A program made the position numbers and the translations under genes. From Eledone cirrhosa (taxonomy: Eukaryota), in contig OZ024744.1 in NCBI GenBank assembly GCA_964016885.1, positions 36,580,001 to 36,644,000 of the forward strand: a DNA stretch of 64,000 nucleotides, read 5' to 3'. The notes under the pieces are model-generated. The model was not told where the DNA came from. It did not search any database and was given only the letters and a program-made list of their open reading frames with translations. Below are positions 27,704-39,190 of the stretch, piece after piece; the stretch's first letter is position 1, and each line of letters begins with the position of its first letter.

Positions 27704-29782
27704 ATGGCTACGAAAAAAAAATTTCATACGTCACTCCCACTCATTCCGTCTTCTTCTTCCTCAATCATCACTACAGCAGAGAGAAGATTGTCTCTCTCCC
27801 TCCCTTCTTTAAATGTGTCTCTCTCCCTCCCTTCTCTTTCGCAAGTGACGAAAGAAAAGAAAAGTCTCGTGCAAAGCGTGCAAAGTTTCTCCACGACGAC
27901 GACGACAGCGACGAAACAGGTGTGCGGGAAATACGAAAACCCAGTTCATTCGTCTGACGTCAGGAATAATAGCAGTAGCAGCCGTAATAACAACAGCAAC
28001 AGTGACAATGAAAACAACAGTAGCAGCCGCAACAGCATCACCAGCAGCATAAACAACAACAGCATTAGCAGCAGCAACACCAACAACAACCACAGCAACA
28101 GCGGCGGAGGCAGTAGTCGTAGTACCTGCAGCAACAACAAAAGTACCAGCAGCTCTGACGACAACAACAACAGCAGAGAAAAACCAATCTCATTTGCAGG
28201 TATTGCGAAAAACTTGGAAACAATCCTCATAACAAATGAGGAATTAGAGGAAGCGAAGAAGATGGTGACAAAGAACGGACACCGAGCAATCTGCAAGGCA
28301 GCGAAAAATTTTTTCGAAACCCAAGAGCACTGTACGGTCACGTACCGTACAGTAAGTACAAAATCCCGTAGGGTGGAAAGAGCCACAGAGGCCCAAATAC
28401 AAAAAGCCTTGGGGTCTGTGTGGCAGCGGAAAACGCACATCACCCGAGGCAAAAAATATGCCACCGTAGACGTACTTTTTGCCACACCCCAGGAGGCAAA
28501 GGCCCAATCAGTAGTGACCCTAAGGAGCGAGGAAATGGTGTTGGTGCCCTCCTACTGTGGGCAAAAAATTGTGAGGGTCAAACTAACCCACGTCCCCCCC
28601 GGAATGACCCCTTCTTGGCTGGCCGCGTCTGTCCTCGTCGGAATCGAGGACAAAACAACTGTACTGCAAGTACAGAAAAAAGTAAGAGAAGATTGGGTCG
28701 GCTCCTCCATTGAGATGCTAATCCAAATCAACCAGGAGTGCATCGAAGCTATCCCGGATGTGATAGACTTCGATAACGGCACTCAACTGCCCATAAGTGT
28801 TGAGGGCAAACGCCCGAAATGCTTTCGCTGTGGATCGAAGACTCACCTCAGGGCCTTCTGCAACGAGAAGACCCTGAGAAAGGAGAAAACCCCCCTCCTT
28901 CCGAATCCGGCTCCACGGCTACCAGCAACAGGACAAGCGGCAACCAGGAACGATAGGTCCGTGGCACCCATACCCACTCCACGGAAATCAAAAACAGCAG
29001 CAGCAGTGGAAATATTAACAACAACAACAGCAATACCAAATGCAGCTGCAACAGAGACTCCAGTGCAAACATCACCAACAACAAGTGAAAGAGTGGAGCT
29101 GGTACCCCTCCCCGACCTCACAGAATCAGACATGGAGTGTGAGGTGGGAGAGGGATGGCAAAAGGTCGTAAGAAGGCACAAACGCAGAAGCAGCGCATCG
29201 TCGCCTTTGAAAAGGGAGGAAAGAAATGAGAAAAGGGTAAAGTCTACTGCAAAGAGACGCACAGCAGCAACAACACCAACACCATCACCACCCACACGAG
29301 CACCACCATCACCACCGCCAACAACACCTTTAACACCACCACCACAAGCACCAACATCGCAAACACAACAACAAAACACACACACCCAGCAACAACGACA
29401 AGAAAATAGTAGAACCACACCCCACCCCCAGAAAAACAAATGCACGGCAATAAATACACACAACAAGAAACTAATGACTTACATAATTGAACACACAGAC
29501 ATTTCACAACAGGACTACATAATACCAGCACCAATCAAAACGCCAACTAACATAAGACTGCTAAAAATAGCACAGAAACAATACACAAACATTAAAACGA
29601 AATTCCCCAACGCAGTTGGTGATTTCAGGGACCTAGGAGGAACCATCAATCGAAGAGTATACTCAGACATTCTCTTAGAAGAGCCGACGACCAGCCGAAG
29701 GGACGATTCAACGGTCCCTTCACCAGACGATCAAGTGAAAAGGGATGTAAAAACCATCCCTCCTCTACCAAAAGTACGGTAA
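27704..29782 (+). CDS. Tx1-like ORF1, gag-like nucleic-acid-binding protein with a CCHC zinc knuckle
   Basis: Uninterrupted 692 aa with CFRCGSKTHLRAFC and low-complexity S/N and P/T tracts; ends 35 bp before ORF2. Confidence 0.9.
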   Translation: MATKKKFHTSLPLIPSSSSSIITTAERRLSLSLPSLNVSLSLPSLSQVTKEKKSLVQSVQSFSTTTTTATKQVCGKYENPVHSSDVRNNSSSSRNNNSNSDNENNSSSRNSITSSINNNSISSSNTNNNHSNSGGGSSRSTCSNNKSTSSSDDNNNSREKPISFAGIAKNLETILITNEELEEAKKMVTKNGHRAICKAAKNFFETQEHCTVTYRTVSTKSRRVERATEAQIQKALGSVWQRKTHITRGKKYATVDVLFATPQEAKAQSVVTLRSEEMVLVPSYCGQKIVRVKLTHVPPGMTPSWLAASVLVGIEDKTTVLQVQKKVREDWVGSSIEMLIQINQECIEAIPDVIDFDNGTQLPISVEGKRPKCFRCGSKTHLRAFCNEKTLRKEKTPLLPNPAPRLPATGQAATRNDRSVAPIPTPRKSKTAAAVEILTTTTAIPNAAATETPVQTSPTTSERVELVPLPDLTESDMECEVGEGWQKVVRRHKRRSSASSPLKREERNEKRVKSTAKRRTAATTPTPSPPTRAPPSPPPTTPLTPPPQAPTSQTQQQNTHTQQQRQENSRTTPHPQKNKCTAINTHNKKLMTYIIEHTDISQQDYIIPAPIKTPTNIRLLKIAQKQYTNIKTKFPNAVGDFRDLGGTINRRVYSDILLEEPTTSRRDDSTVPSPDDQVKRDVKTIPPLPKVR

Positions 29783-29817
29783 GTGGTCTTTCCCATCTTT
29801 TCCACTCTATTTTAAAC

Positions 29818-32800
29818 ATGACCTCACTCAGAATAGGCAGCATAAATGCGCGTGGCTTGGGGTCGTCATGGAAGCAGGGTCACCTGCTCAACGACCTCAG
29901 GTCACTAAACATAGATGTAGTGGCCATCAGCGAGACCAGAATCTCCGAAGCACGGGCCTTCGCACCGATCTTCGGCGGCTACGATGTGTACGCATCTCCC
30001 AGCCGTCCTGGATCGGGTGGAGGAGTTGCTGTGCTTTTTCGGAGAGGTTTGGATCTCGCCATACGGGCCATCTTCCTGGACCCAGAAGGTAAGCTGGTGG
30101 TGCTGGACGTGACCAGCGGAGACGGGCAAGCTTTCAGGCTAGTGGCCGTCTATGCCCCGACAGGAGCAGGGCGGCCTGATTTCTTCCGGCGTCTGGAGAC
30201 CTTTCTTGGAACGTCCCGCTCTTTAGTGTTAGTGGGCGACTGGAACGGGATCTTAGATGCACGCTGGGACTGTGTGGGATTAGCGGATAGGGGTGGAGGG
30301 TGCAAGAGCCTCACCAACCTGCTCAGGCGTTTTGAACTGTCTGACAGGTACCGATTGGATTTCCCGAATGTGCCAATGTGGACTTGGACAAACCGCATAG
30401 GGTCATCCAGATCATATCTAGATAGAGTATTTTGTAGGGAAATAGATAGGTCTAGCATAGGCTGTCCACAATTCAAGATAGTCAGCTACACGGACCACAA
30501 ATTCGTGACCTGTGTGCTTGACTTAGATAGGCTTCATAGACGAGGACCCGGCTACTGGAAGCTAAACGCGTCCTTACCAGCGCGCAAGGCCTACAGAGAC
30601 CGGATTAGCGAACTAGTTAAGCGGGCGTTGACGGGGGCCATCGTCAACAACAAGTGGTGGTTTGCTCTGAAAAGAGCGATTAGAATAGAATCGATTAGGT
30701 TTAGTAAGGCTTTAGCAATAGAGAAAAATAGAGCAGAGGGAGAACTAGTTAAAAAATTAGACGAGGCGCTTAGCAAAGGCATTGCGACCGACGTGCTTGC
30801 GGCGAAATTGGCCCTTGACCAATTCTTCAATGCAAAGCACGAAGGCTGCGTTGTCAGAGCTAGGGTGCGTGCTCTCAGACACGAGGGGACGAAAGCCGTT
30901 CAATGGGCCCGAGTGGCGGAGGCGCGTCGTGGCAACAAAGCCACGATCCGGTCTTTGGTGGACCACGACGGGCGCATGCTACTCGATCCCGGGCAAATGT
31001 GTGAAGCTTTTCAGCGACACTTCGCTCAGCTGTTCGGGGGCAGCGGGGGGCCGGGTAGAGGGATGGACTTTAGTGTCTACCTCGACGGACTGCCGCGGCT
31101 CTCGGCCACTGAGGCGAAGTGTTGCGAAAAGCCGATAACAGCCGCTGAAGTAAGGGAGGCAATGACTGCCTGCACAAGGGGTAAATCGCCTGGTTTGGAT
31201 GGTCTGCCCTATGAACTTTACGTACAGATGCCAGACTTGTTCGGAGGCCTCTTGGCGGACGTCTACTGCAACTGGCAACAGAACGGGAGAATTCCCAGTT
31301 CTGTGAGCCGAGGAGCGGTGGCACTGCTGAGAAAGGATCCGAACAAGGGGGATAACATAGACAATTTCCGGCCCATAACTCTGCTAAACACAGAGTTTAA
31401 GATTTTGGCCAAGGTGCTAGCAAAGAGGTTGGCGCTTGTCGTTGGTGGTCTGGTGGGAGAGGCGCAGACATGCGCCATTCCCGACAGATCCATCCACGAC
31501 AACCTCCACCTCATGCGATACATCGTAGAGAGGGTAGCTAGGGAACCTGGCACGGGTGGGTCCTTGATCAATTTAGATCAGTCGAAAGCTTTCGATAGGG
31601 TCGACCATCGTTACCTAGCGGCAGTCCTGAGGGCGGCTGGCTTTGGGCCCGTCTTCAGAGGCTGGATCGCTGCCATGCACAGCGACATCTGCTCTGTGGT
31701 GAGAGTGAACGGTCACCTGTCGGAACCGTTCAACATCATGCGCTCGGTCCGCCAAGGATGTCCCCTCTCGTCCCTCTTGTACGTATTGACTCTCGAGCCA
31801 TACTGCACAAACTGGAGACGTTGAGGGGAGTCCCGCGCGAACTAGGATGCGGAAGATCCGTGTCAGCATATGCGGACGATGTCACCGTAGTGGTGTCGAA
31901 CGCCAAACACATCGAGGCGATCGGCACTACACTAAGAGAATACGAAGCGGTGACAGGAGCAATGATCAACCAGGAAAAGTCAGTGGGCCTGCAGCTCGGC
32001 ACCTGGAGAGGCAGGTCCATGCCGTCCAACAGCGTCGTCGGGCGCTGGACGGACGGACCGGTTAAATTGCTAGGGGTCTGGTTCGGTCCGGACCTCCAGA
32101 CGGACAAAAACTGGGACGAGGTGACGAGCAGGGTGGCTTCTCTCACCCAGAAATGGGCGGAGAGGAAGCTATCCCTGAAAGGTCGAGCGGAGGTGGCTAA
32201 CGCGTACATCGCGTCTGTCATCTGCTACCGCCTAACCGTCGTACCTTGTCCTAAGCCTCGCCTGACTGCGCTGGAGCGTTTGCTCTTTCGCTTTTTGTGG
32301 AAGGGACGTGCTCCGATGGTCAGGCGGTCCATCTGTTGTCAACACCCGCTACGTGGAGGGCTGGGCATGCCGTGGCTGATGATGCGCAGGCACGCGCTCA
32401 GGCTACGACATCTCCACCTCTTCCTCGACGGTGATCAGGTGTGGTCGCCGTTTGCTAGACGCGTTTTTCCCCAGCTCGTTTCCTTGACGGAGCTGCAGTC
32501 CTGGGTCAAGCGAAGACCGAGAGGGAGCGCCTGGAGACTGGAATGTCTTCAGGCGCTCACAGCCCTCGACCAATCGGGCAATGTGATCGGTGGAAACTCC
32601 ACCTCGGCGTTCTATAGAGGATTAGTGGAGGGGAAGAGCGACGACGTACTTGGGGAAACTCTAGGCGTCGACGAAAATCAACTAGCCAATCTCTTCGGAA
32701 GAACTTTCGGGCCAGGGCCTATGGACAACTTCCAGAAATCTCTGGCCTGGCAGTGCTACCGAGGAGCCTTGCCAGTTCGGGATAAACTCTACAGGCATGG

Positions 32801-33236
32801 AGGTGCCGTCAGCCGGGCATGTCCGAGATGCGCGCAGGGCGACGAAACCGTCCTGCACGCACTCGTCCAGTGTCCGAAAATTGCTGACTTGTGGGTTTAT
32901 GTCGAACACCTGCTGTCGCGTTTAGGACGGATCCAGCTATCATCTGAGTCTATCGTGAGGATTGCCCCGCCCTCCTCCTTTAGCCGGGAAGGGCAGGCAG
33001 TTTTTATCTGTCTGGTGGCCATGGCGAAAGAGATAGTATGGTGGACACGTTTGAAAGGGCTGAAGACGAGCACTTACCTCTTCGGTGATGCTCTGATTGA
33101 CTTTTTCAAATTTCATTTGAAAAGGAAAATCAGAGTAGAGAAGGAAGTGCTCTCTTCCCAGCATTTTGTTGAAAGATGGGTGAGAGAAGCAAGAATGGCC
33201 CGAGTGAATGGGCCGACTCTGAGTATATATCTGTAA
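29818..33236 (+). CDS. Tx1-like ORF2: APE endonuclease, reverse transcriptase and C-terminal Zn motif; one frameshift near 31800
   Basis: SINARGL, ISET, VYAP, GDWN, YLDR, TDH; KSPGLDG, FRPITLLN, DQSKAFD, RQGCPLS, YADD; CPRC...HALVQC. Confidence 0.93.
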
Positions 33237-33496
33237 ACTAAAGGTGGAAAACTGGGAGAGGGCACTTGCCTTGGTGGTCAGGGTCATTGTGGCTTTTTAC
33301 TGGGCTTTCTCCACAAATGTCCCTCCGAAGTCTCCCCCCTATTGGGGAATTTTTCATTGTTATTTTCATTGTTATTTTTGTTACATCCTCTGTTTTTGTT
33401 TTTTTACACGCAGAAATGCCCATTTGTACTGTCCTGCATTGTCCTGCACTGTCCTTAATGTCTACTTTATGTAAACCCTTGTGGTTAATAAAGAAA

Positions 33497-33567
<71 letters not shown>

Positions 33568-33574
33568 GTTGTTA

Positions 33575-34127
33575 TTCCTTGAATCTCAGTCATTGATGTT
33601 AGTTAACTGGAAAGTCCGTTGGAATGAATATCAAGCCACTACCTGCAGCCTCAGATATTCAGGACATATCGGAGGGTTCTTGCTGTTCCAAGCAAGCATG
33701 CCTTTTGAAGCGTTCCAAAAAGCGTGAAGGGGCCGATTTTCTTTAACCATGCCTGGAAACTTTTGGAGATAGTCCCCAGTGCGCCTATGACAATCGGGAT
33801 CACTTTGACTTCATGGCAGTTCCAAATCCTTTTCACCTCCCACTTTAGGTCCTGGTATCGGTTAATTTTCTCCCTCTCCTTCTCTTGCACTCTCGTGTCG
33901 AAATGGCAGGCCACATCCACAATCAGACACGATGTTTTTTCTTTGTCCACAACCACCAGGTCAGGTCTATTGTGTTCCAGTTTTTTGTCCGTCTGTATCC
34001 TAAAATCCCACAGCACCTTCACCTGATTGTTCTCCATCACCGCCTCTGGCTTATGCTCATACCATTTCTCAGAATGTGGTAAATTGTTTACTTTGCACAG
34101 GTGCCAGTGGATCACCCTGCCCATCAC
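33575..34127 (-). mobile_element. 5'-truncated Dong-like copy (RLE domain plus 3' UTR)
   Basis: Near-identical to 34503-35060; (TAA)n on both sides. Confidence 0.92.
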
Positions 34128-34165
34128 TATTATTATTATTATTATTGTTATTATTATTATTATTA

Positions 34166-34483
34166 TACGTCTGTAGTTTGAGAAATGGAAAAATTGAGAG
34201 AGGGCTCTTGCCCTGTTGGTCTGGGTAGCCGTGGTCTTTTGTGTGGTTTTCGCCACGAGTAACCCTCGGAGGTTCCCCCCACACTATTGGGGAATTTTTC
34301 ATTGTTTCAATTTTCATTTTTATTGTTTATATATATATATATGTTTCTATGTCTTTTTTTGTTTTCTTATATAAACAATAAAAATATTTACACGCACAAA
34401 ACCCACATCGTACCGTCCTGTACCGTCCTGTGACGTCTGTAATGTTTTTCTTGATGTCAGCCCTTGTGCCCAATAAAGAAATC
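34166..34483 (+). mobile_element. 3' UTR fragment of a diverged Tx1-like subfamily
   Basis: Similar to 33225-33500 (ggaaaa.tg.gagaggg..cttgcc, tattggggaatttttcattg, aataaagaaatca-(TTA)n). Confidence 0.75.
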
Positions 34484-34502
34484 ATTATTATTATTATTAT
34501 TG

Positions 34503-37500
34503 TTAATACTCTTTGAGTCTCAGTCATTGATGTTAGTTAACTGGAAAGTCTGTTGAAATGAATATCAAGCCACTACCTGCAGCCTCAGATATTCAGGACG
34601 TATCGGAGGGTTCTAACTGTTCCCAGCAAGCATGTCTTTTGAAGCGTTTCAAAAAGAGTGAAGGGGCCAATTTTCTTTAACCATCTCTGGAAACTTTTTG
34701 AGATAGTCCCTAGTGCGCCTATGACAATCGGGATCACTTTGACTTCATGGCAGTTCCAAATCCTTTTTACCTCCCACTTTAAGTCCTGGTATCGGTTAAT
34801 TGTCTCTCTCTCCTTCTCTTGCACTCTCGTGTCGAATGGGCAGGCCACATCCACAATCAGGCACGATCTTTTTTCCTTGTCCAAAACCACCAGGTCAGGT
34901 CTATTGTGTTCCAGTTTTTTGTCCGTCTGTATCCTAAAATACAACAGCACCTTCACCTGATCCTTTTCTATCACCGCCTCTGGCTTATGCTCATACCACT
35001 TCTCAGAATGTGGTAAATTGTTTACTTTGCATAGGTGCCAGTGGATCACCTTGCCCATCACATCATGTCTCCAGCCCTTATAGTGAGTCTGGGCTAGGTG
35101 TTTACACTCGGATACTATGTGAGCCACAGTCTCTTCTCTCTCTCCACAGATCCTGCACAGTGGGCTAGCCTCCTCCTTGTAAATATGGTGTTTCAACCCC
35201 TTCGTTTTGAGGGCCTGCTCCGGCGCAGCCATCAACATTCCTTCTGTAGCCTTTTTAATGTCTCCTCTTTTCAACCAGTTCCATGTCTGTGGATCTCTAA
35301 ATTCAGTTTTCTCAAAGAAGGTACTATGAAGGGATTTTTCCTGAAGGCTGCTCTTTCTCCTTGATGTTATTTCCTCCTTGGACATCCCCTGGCCTATTGT
35401 CCCCTCCTTCAGTACAGTTCTGAGCATTGGCTCCTTACTATCAGTCACGTATTTGTGTAGGTTGTTTTTCTCCATCTGAACACAGTCCTCTATGCTGATA
35501 AGACCTCTTCCACCCTCAGATCTCCTTAAGTAGAGTCTATCGACATCACTCCTCTTGTGGAGCATGTAGATAGTCAATAGCTTCCTAGTCTTCCTATCCA
35601 TTTCTTTTTGTTCAGCAACATTCCATCTCAGAATCCCCGCACTGTACCTAATAATAGACACAGCTCGGGTATTTACTGCACTTATGACATTCCTACTGTT
35701 CAGATGTAACTTTAATACGCTCCTTACTCTCCGAAGGTATTCAGTTCTTATCAATTCCTTCATTTTTTTGTTCTTGATGTCATCAGCCTCCAGAACGCCC
35801 AAACACTTGTATCCTTCTTCAGAGTCAATTTCTTTTATCATCTCACCTGTTGGTATCTGGATTCCGTTACTTCTGCTCAACTTACCCCTCCTCATCACAA
35901 TGACTCCACACTTACTAATACCAAATTGCATACATATATCATTGCTGAAAATACGGACAGTGTCAACAACCACATCCAAATCCTTCTCACTCTTCCCGAA
36001 GAGCTTAAGATCGTCCATGAAGAGGAGGTGATTGATGGTAAGCCCTCCCTTTCCAAACCTGTATCCTGCTCTCACTTTTCGCAGTACACTGGTCAGGGGC
36101 ATCAGGGCAAAAACAAACAACAGAGGGGACATACTATCTCCCTGGAAGATACCTCTCTTGATCTTCACGCTTCCCAAGGATTCTCCAGTTGATGTTAACT
36201 CTGTTTCCCAGGACTTCATACTTCTGCCCAACAACTGTCTGATATTATCTGCCACCTTGAAGATCTCCAGGCTTTTGGTGATCCAAGAATGAGGCACCAT
36301 GTCAAATGCCTTTTTGTAGTCTATCCATCCCATGGCAAGACCAGTGTGTCTCCTCTTGCAATTCCTCATTACCATCTTATCAATAAGTAACTGGTCCTTT
36401 GTACCACGTGACTTCTTTCGGCATCCTTTCTGTTCGTCCGGTAACAAGTTGTTTGTGTGGAGGTGATGGTAGATTTCCTCAGACATAATGCTGTCAACAG
36501 TTTACACATTACGGACAGACATGTGATAGGTCTATAGTTGGTAACAGCAATACCCTTGATTCGGTCTTTCATTACCAGAACTGTGGTACCTTTTGTCAAC
36601 CACTCTGGTACCTCACCTGACATCAAGCAGTCATTGAACATGGTTCTCAGTTTCGGGTGGAGGGATCTTATGTTTTTAATCCCATACCCCTGCACACCAT
36701 CTGGGCCTGGTGATTTCCAGTTGGTTAGTTTTTTGGCCTGCCCCTTAAGAGTTTCAACTGTGATACTCAAATCAGTTTGTTGGTGTGCCTGTTCACTGAT
36801 CTCCTTCTGTACTGTCTCAATCCACACTGCCTGGTCATTATGTTTAACGTACTGCTCCCATATTCCTCTCTAGAATGTTTTAGTTTGTTCCGCCTCAGGG
36901 ATCAAGTCGTTGCCTCTTTCTTTTCCTTCAAGCTGTCCAAACAGCATCTTCTGGTTGTTGTCAAACATGCGGTTCTGTCTATACTGACTGACTCTGTTCC
37001 TGTATCGCCTGATTTTTGCACTCTTTGCTACAATGCGTTGCTTCAGTTCCTCTATGATAATATTTAGCTTTTTCCTCATAGTTTTGTACTTTATTTCCAG
37101 TCTATTTTTAGTGTCGATGTGTTTTAGTGTCCCATTCAGTAGGGACTCAAGCTTTCCAATGTCATTTCTCATTTCCCTGATTTGACCACTCAGTCGTTTC
37201 TTCCACCAAGGCTCTGCTCTTTCTTGTCTGTTGTTTGCTCTCGCTTTTATACCAAGTAGTTTCCTCACCGTATTTGCTGTTGCTTTGAGGATATTGTTGC
37301 ACTGGTGAAGGCACCTCGCCTCAAGGTATGGGATGACTTTGTTTACCTTAGCTGTTGTTTCTTTTAACATTTTCCTGTCTACAAATCTTAGGTTCATAGG
37401 TTTCCCACTATCATTGTTCAATTCATCTACCACTAAGTTTAGGATATCTACCAAATCTTGTCCTAGCCCGTCAGCATTCATCTCCTCAGTGGCCGTATCT

Positions 37501-38320
37501 CTGTTCCAGGTATTATTTGTCTCAGCATTCAGATCATTGTCTGCTTCGGGTGGTTCCTCCGTTCTCTCAACCTCTTCACCTTCATTTCCCACTGGCTCGT
37601 TTGCCTGGCATACTCCACCCTCCATCTCCAAGCTAATCTCTCTGCTCAGTTCCTCCAGTTCCGCTCGCTTATCCACCCATTAGTTCTTATTACCCGAGCC
37701 TGCCCGGCCAGTGTTTGTTCATCTAATTTAAATGGACCAATCTCGTTCCAGATATTATGCATCCTTTCCTATAGCCTTTCTCCTTGGGGTTACTCTTCAG
37801 GTAACATTGCATAACGGTTCTATTCAATTCTTTCGTCCAGTTGGTTCTGGTCCCTTTCCCTCTTCTTCTTCCTCCGACACCAGCAGTATTTGGTTGACAG
37901 CCAGGTCCCTGCTGCTGAGCCAGGGATAACCTGTTGGGTGAGAGTGTGTCACATGACATTCTAGTCTCCATTTCACCGTTATTCGAACTGTTTAGGTTCG
38001 ACATTTAAACACTCTTATCGAGGATTGGCGAATGTATGGTTACATAACCACCGGTGAATTACTTGTCTCCGGTGTTTCGTCACTCCACGTGACTTTTGTG
38101 TGGCATTATCACGCTGTAGACGAACCCAAATAAACAAACAAACAAACAGGCAGCAAAAACCCTCAAAATGAATAAGCATAAGTTTCATTGTAATGTAGTA
38201 TTTGAATGTCTGACTTAGTTTTTCCCTTCCTTTCTCTGTCCGTCCGTTTGTTTTTCTCTTCATTTTTATTTCCTTTACGTTTTACGTTGTTGCTGTGCTG
38301 CTTTGATTTTTATTTTTTTA
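34503..38320 (-). mobile_element. Second R4/Dong-like element (different family), ORF broken by a few frameshifts
   Basis: RTNWTKELN; KSPGPDG; NYRPITCL; 633-aa ORF with [37 protein letters not shown] and RPDLV..VDVACP. The 3' end lies in (TAA)n. Confidence 0.93.
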
Positions 38321-39190
38321 TTTTTTTTATTTAGACCGGGTCATCAATTCAGTCTATTTATATACTTTGATGCCTTCCTCTTTTAGTGAGAATTCTACAA
38401 TGTAGCAGGGGCTAGCGGGAGAGAATAGCGGCGGTAGTGACAACGAGGCAGCGGCGGCGGCGGCGATGGCGGTGTTGTGCCAGCAGCAACTAGCAGGAGG
38501 TAGTGGGAGAGAATAGCGGCGGTAGCGATAATGAGGCAGCGGCGGTGGGGATGTGGTCATATTACTGTAGCGATGGTGTTGAAGATGGAGTAGAAATTTG
38601 AGTCGACTTGACCAGAGTTTTCATCGTGGCAGTGGTGGTGGCACTGTTGGTGAAATTATCTTTAGTGAAATTATCATTAGTCGCGTATATGTGTTGACAT
38701 ATTTTTCTTAATATTGGAATTAAACATTTTGTTAAAACTAAAACTTGATTTTTATTTTTGTTTTTTTTATTTTGACCGGGTCATCAATTCAGTCTATTTA
38801 TATATTTTGATGTTTTCCTCTTTTAGTGAGAATTCTACAATGTAGCAGAGGGTAGCGGGAGAGAATAGCGGCGGTAGTGATATTGAGGCAGCGGCGGCGG
38901 TGGTGGTGGCGGTGCTGTGCCAGCAGCAACTAGCAGGAGGTAGTGGGAGAGAGTAGCGGCGGTAGCAATAATGAGGCAGTGGTGGTGGTGATGTGGTCGT
39001 ATTACTGTAGTGATGGTGTTGAAGTTGGAGTAGAAATTTGAGTCGACTTGATCAGAGATTTCATCGTGGTAGTGGTGGTGGTATTGGTGGTGAAATTATC
39101 TTTAGTGAAATTATCATTAGTCGCGTATATGTGTTGATATATTTTTCTTAATATTGGAATTAAACATTTTGTTAAAACTAAAACTTGATT
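38320..39190. repeat. Two ~439-bp tandem direct repeats at the 5' end of the Dong-like element
   Basis: gaccgggtcatcaattcagtctatttatata at 38335 and 38774; the units align along their length. Confidence 0.92.

Larger units (their letters stand above)
27490..33500 (+). mobile_element. Near-intact Tx1/L1-clade non-LTR retrotransposon inserted in (TTA)n
   Basis: 5' UTR, ORF1, ORF2 and a 3' UTR with aataaa; (TTA)n on both flanks. Confidence 0.93.

Noticed and set aside
27809-33287. Antisense and alternative-frame ORFs over the Tx1-like element
   Set aside because: Shadow ORFs of GC-rich coding sequence with no motifs.
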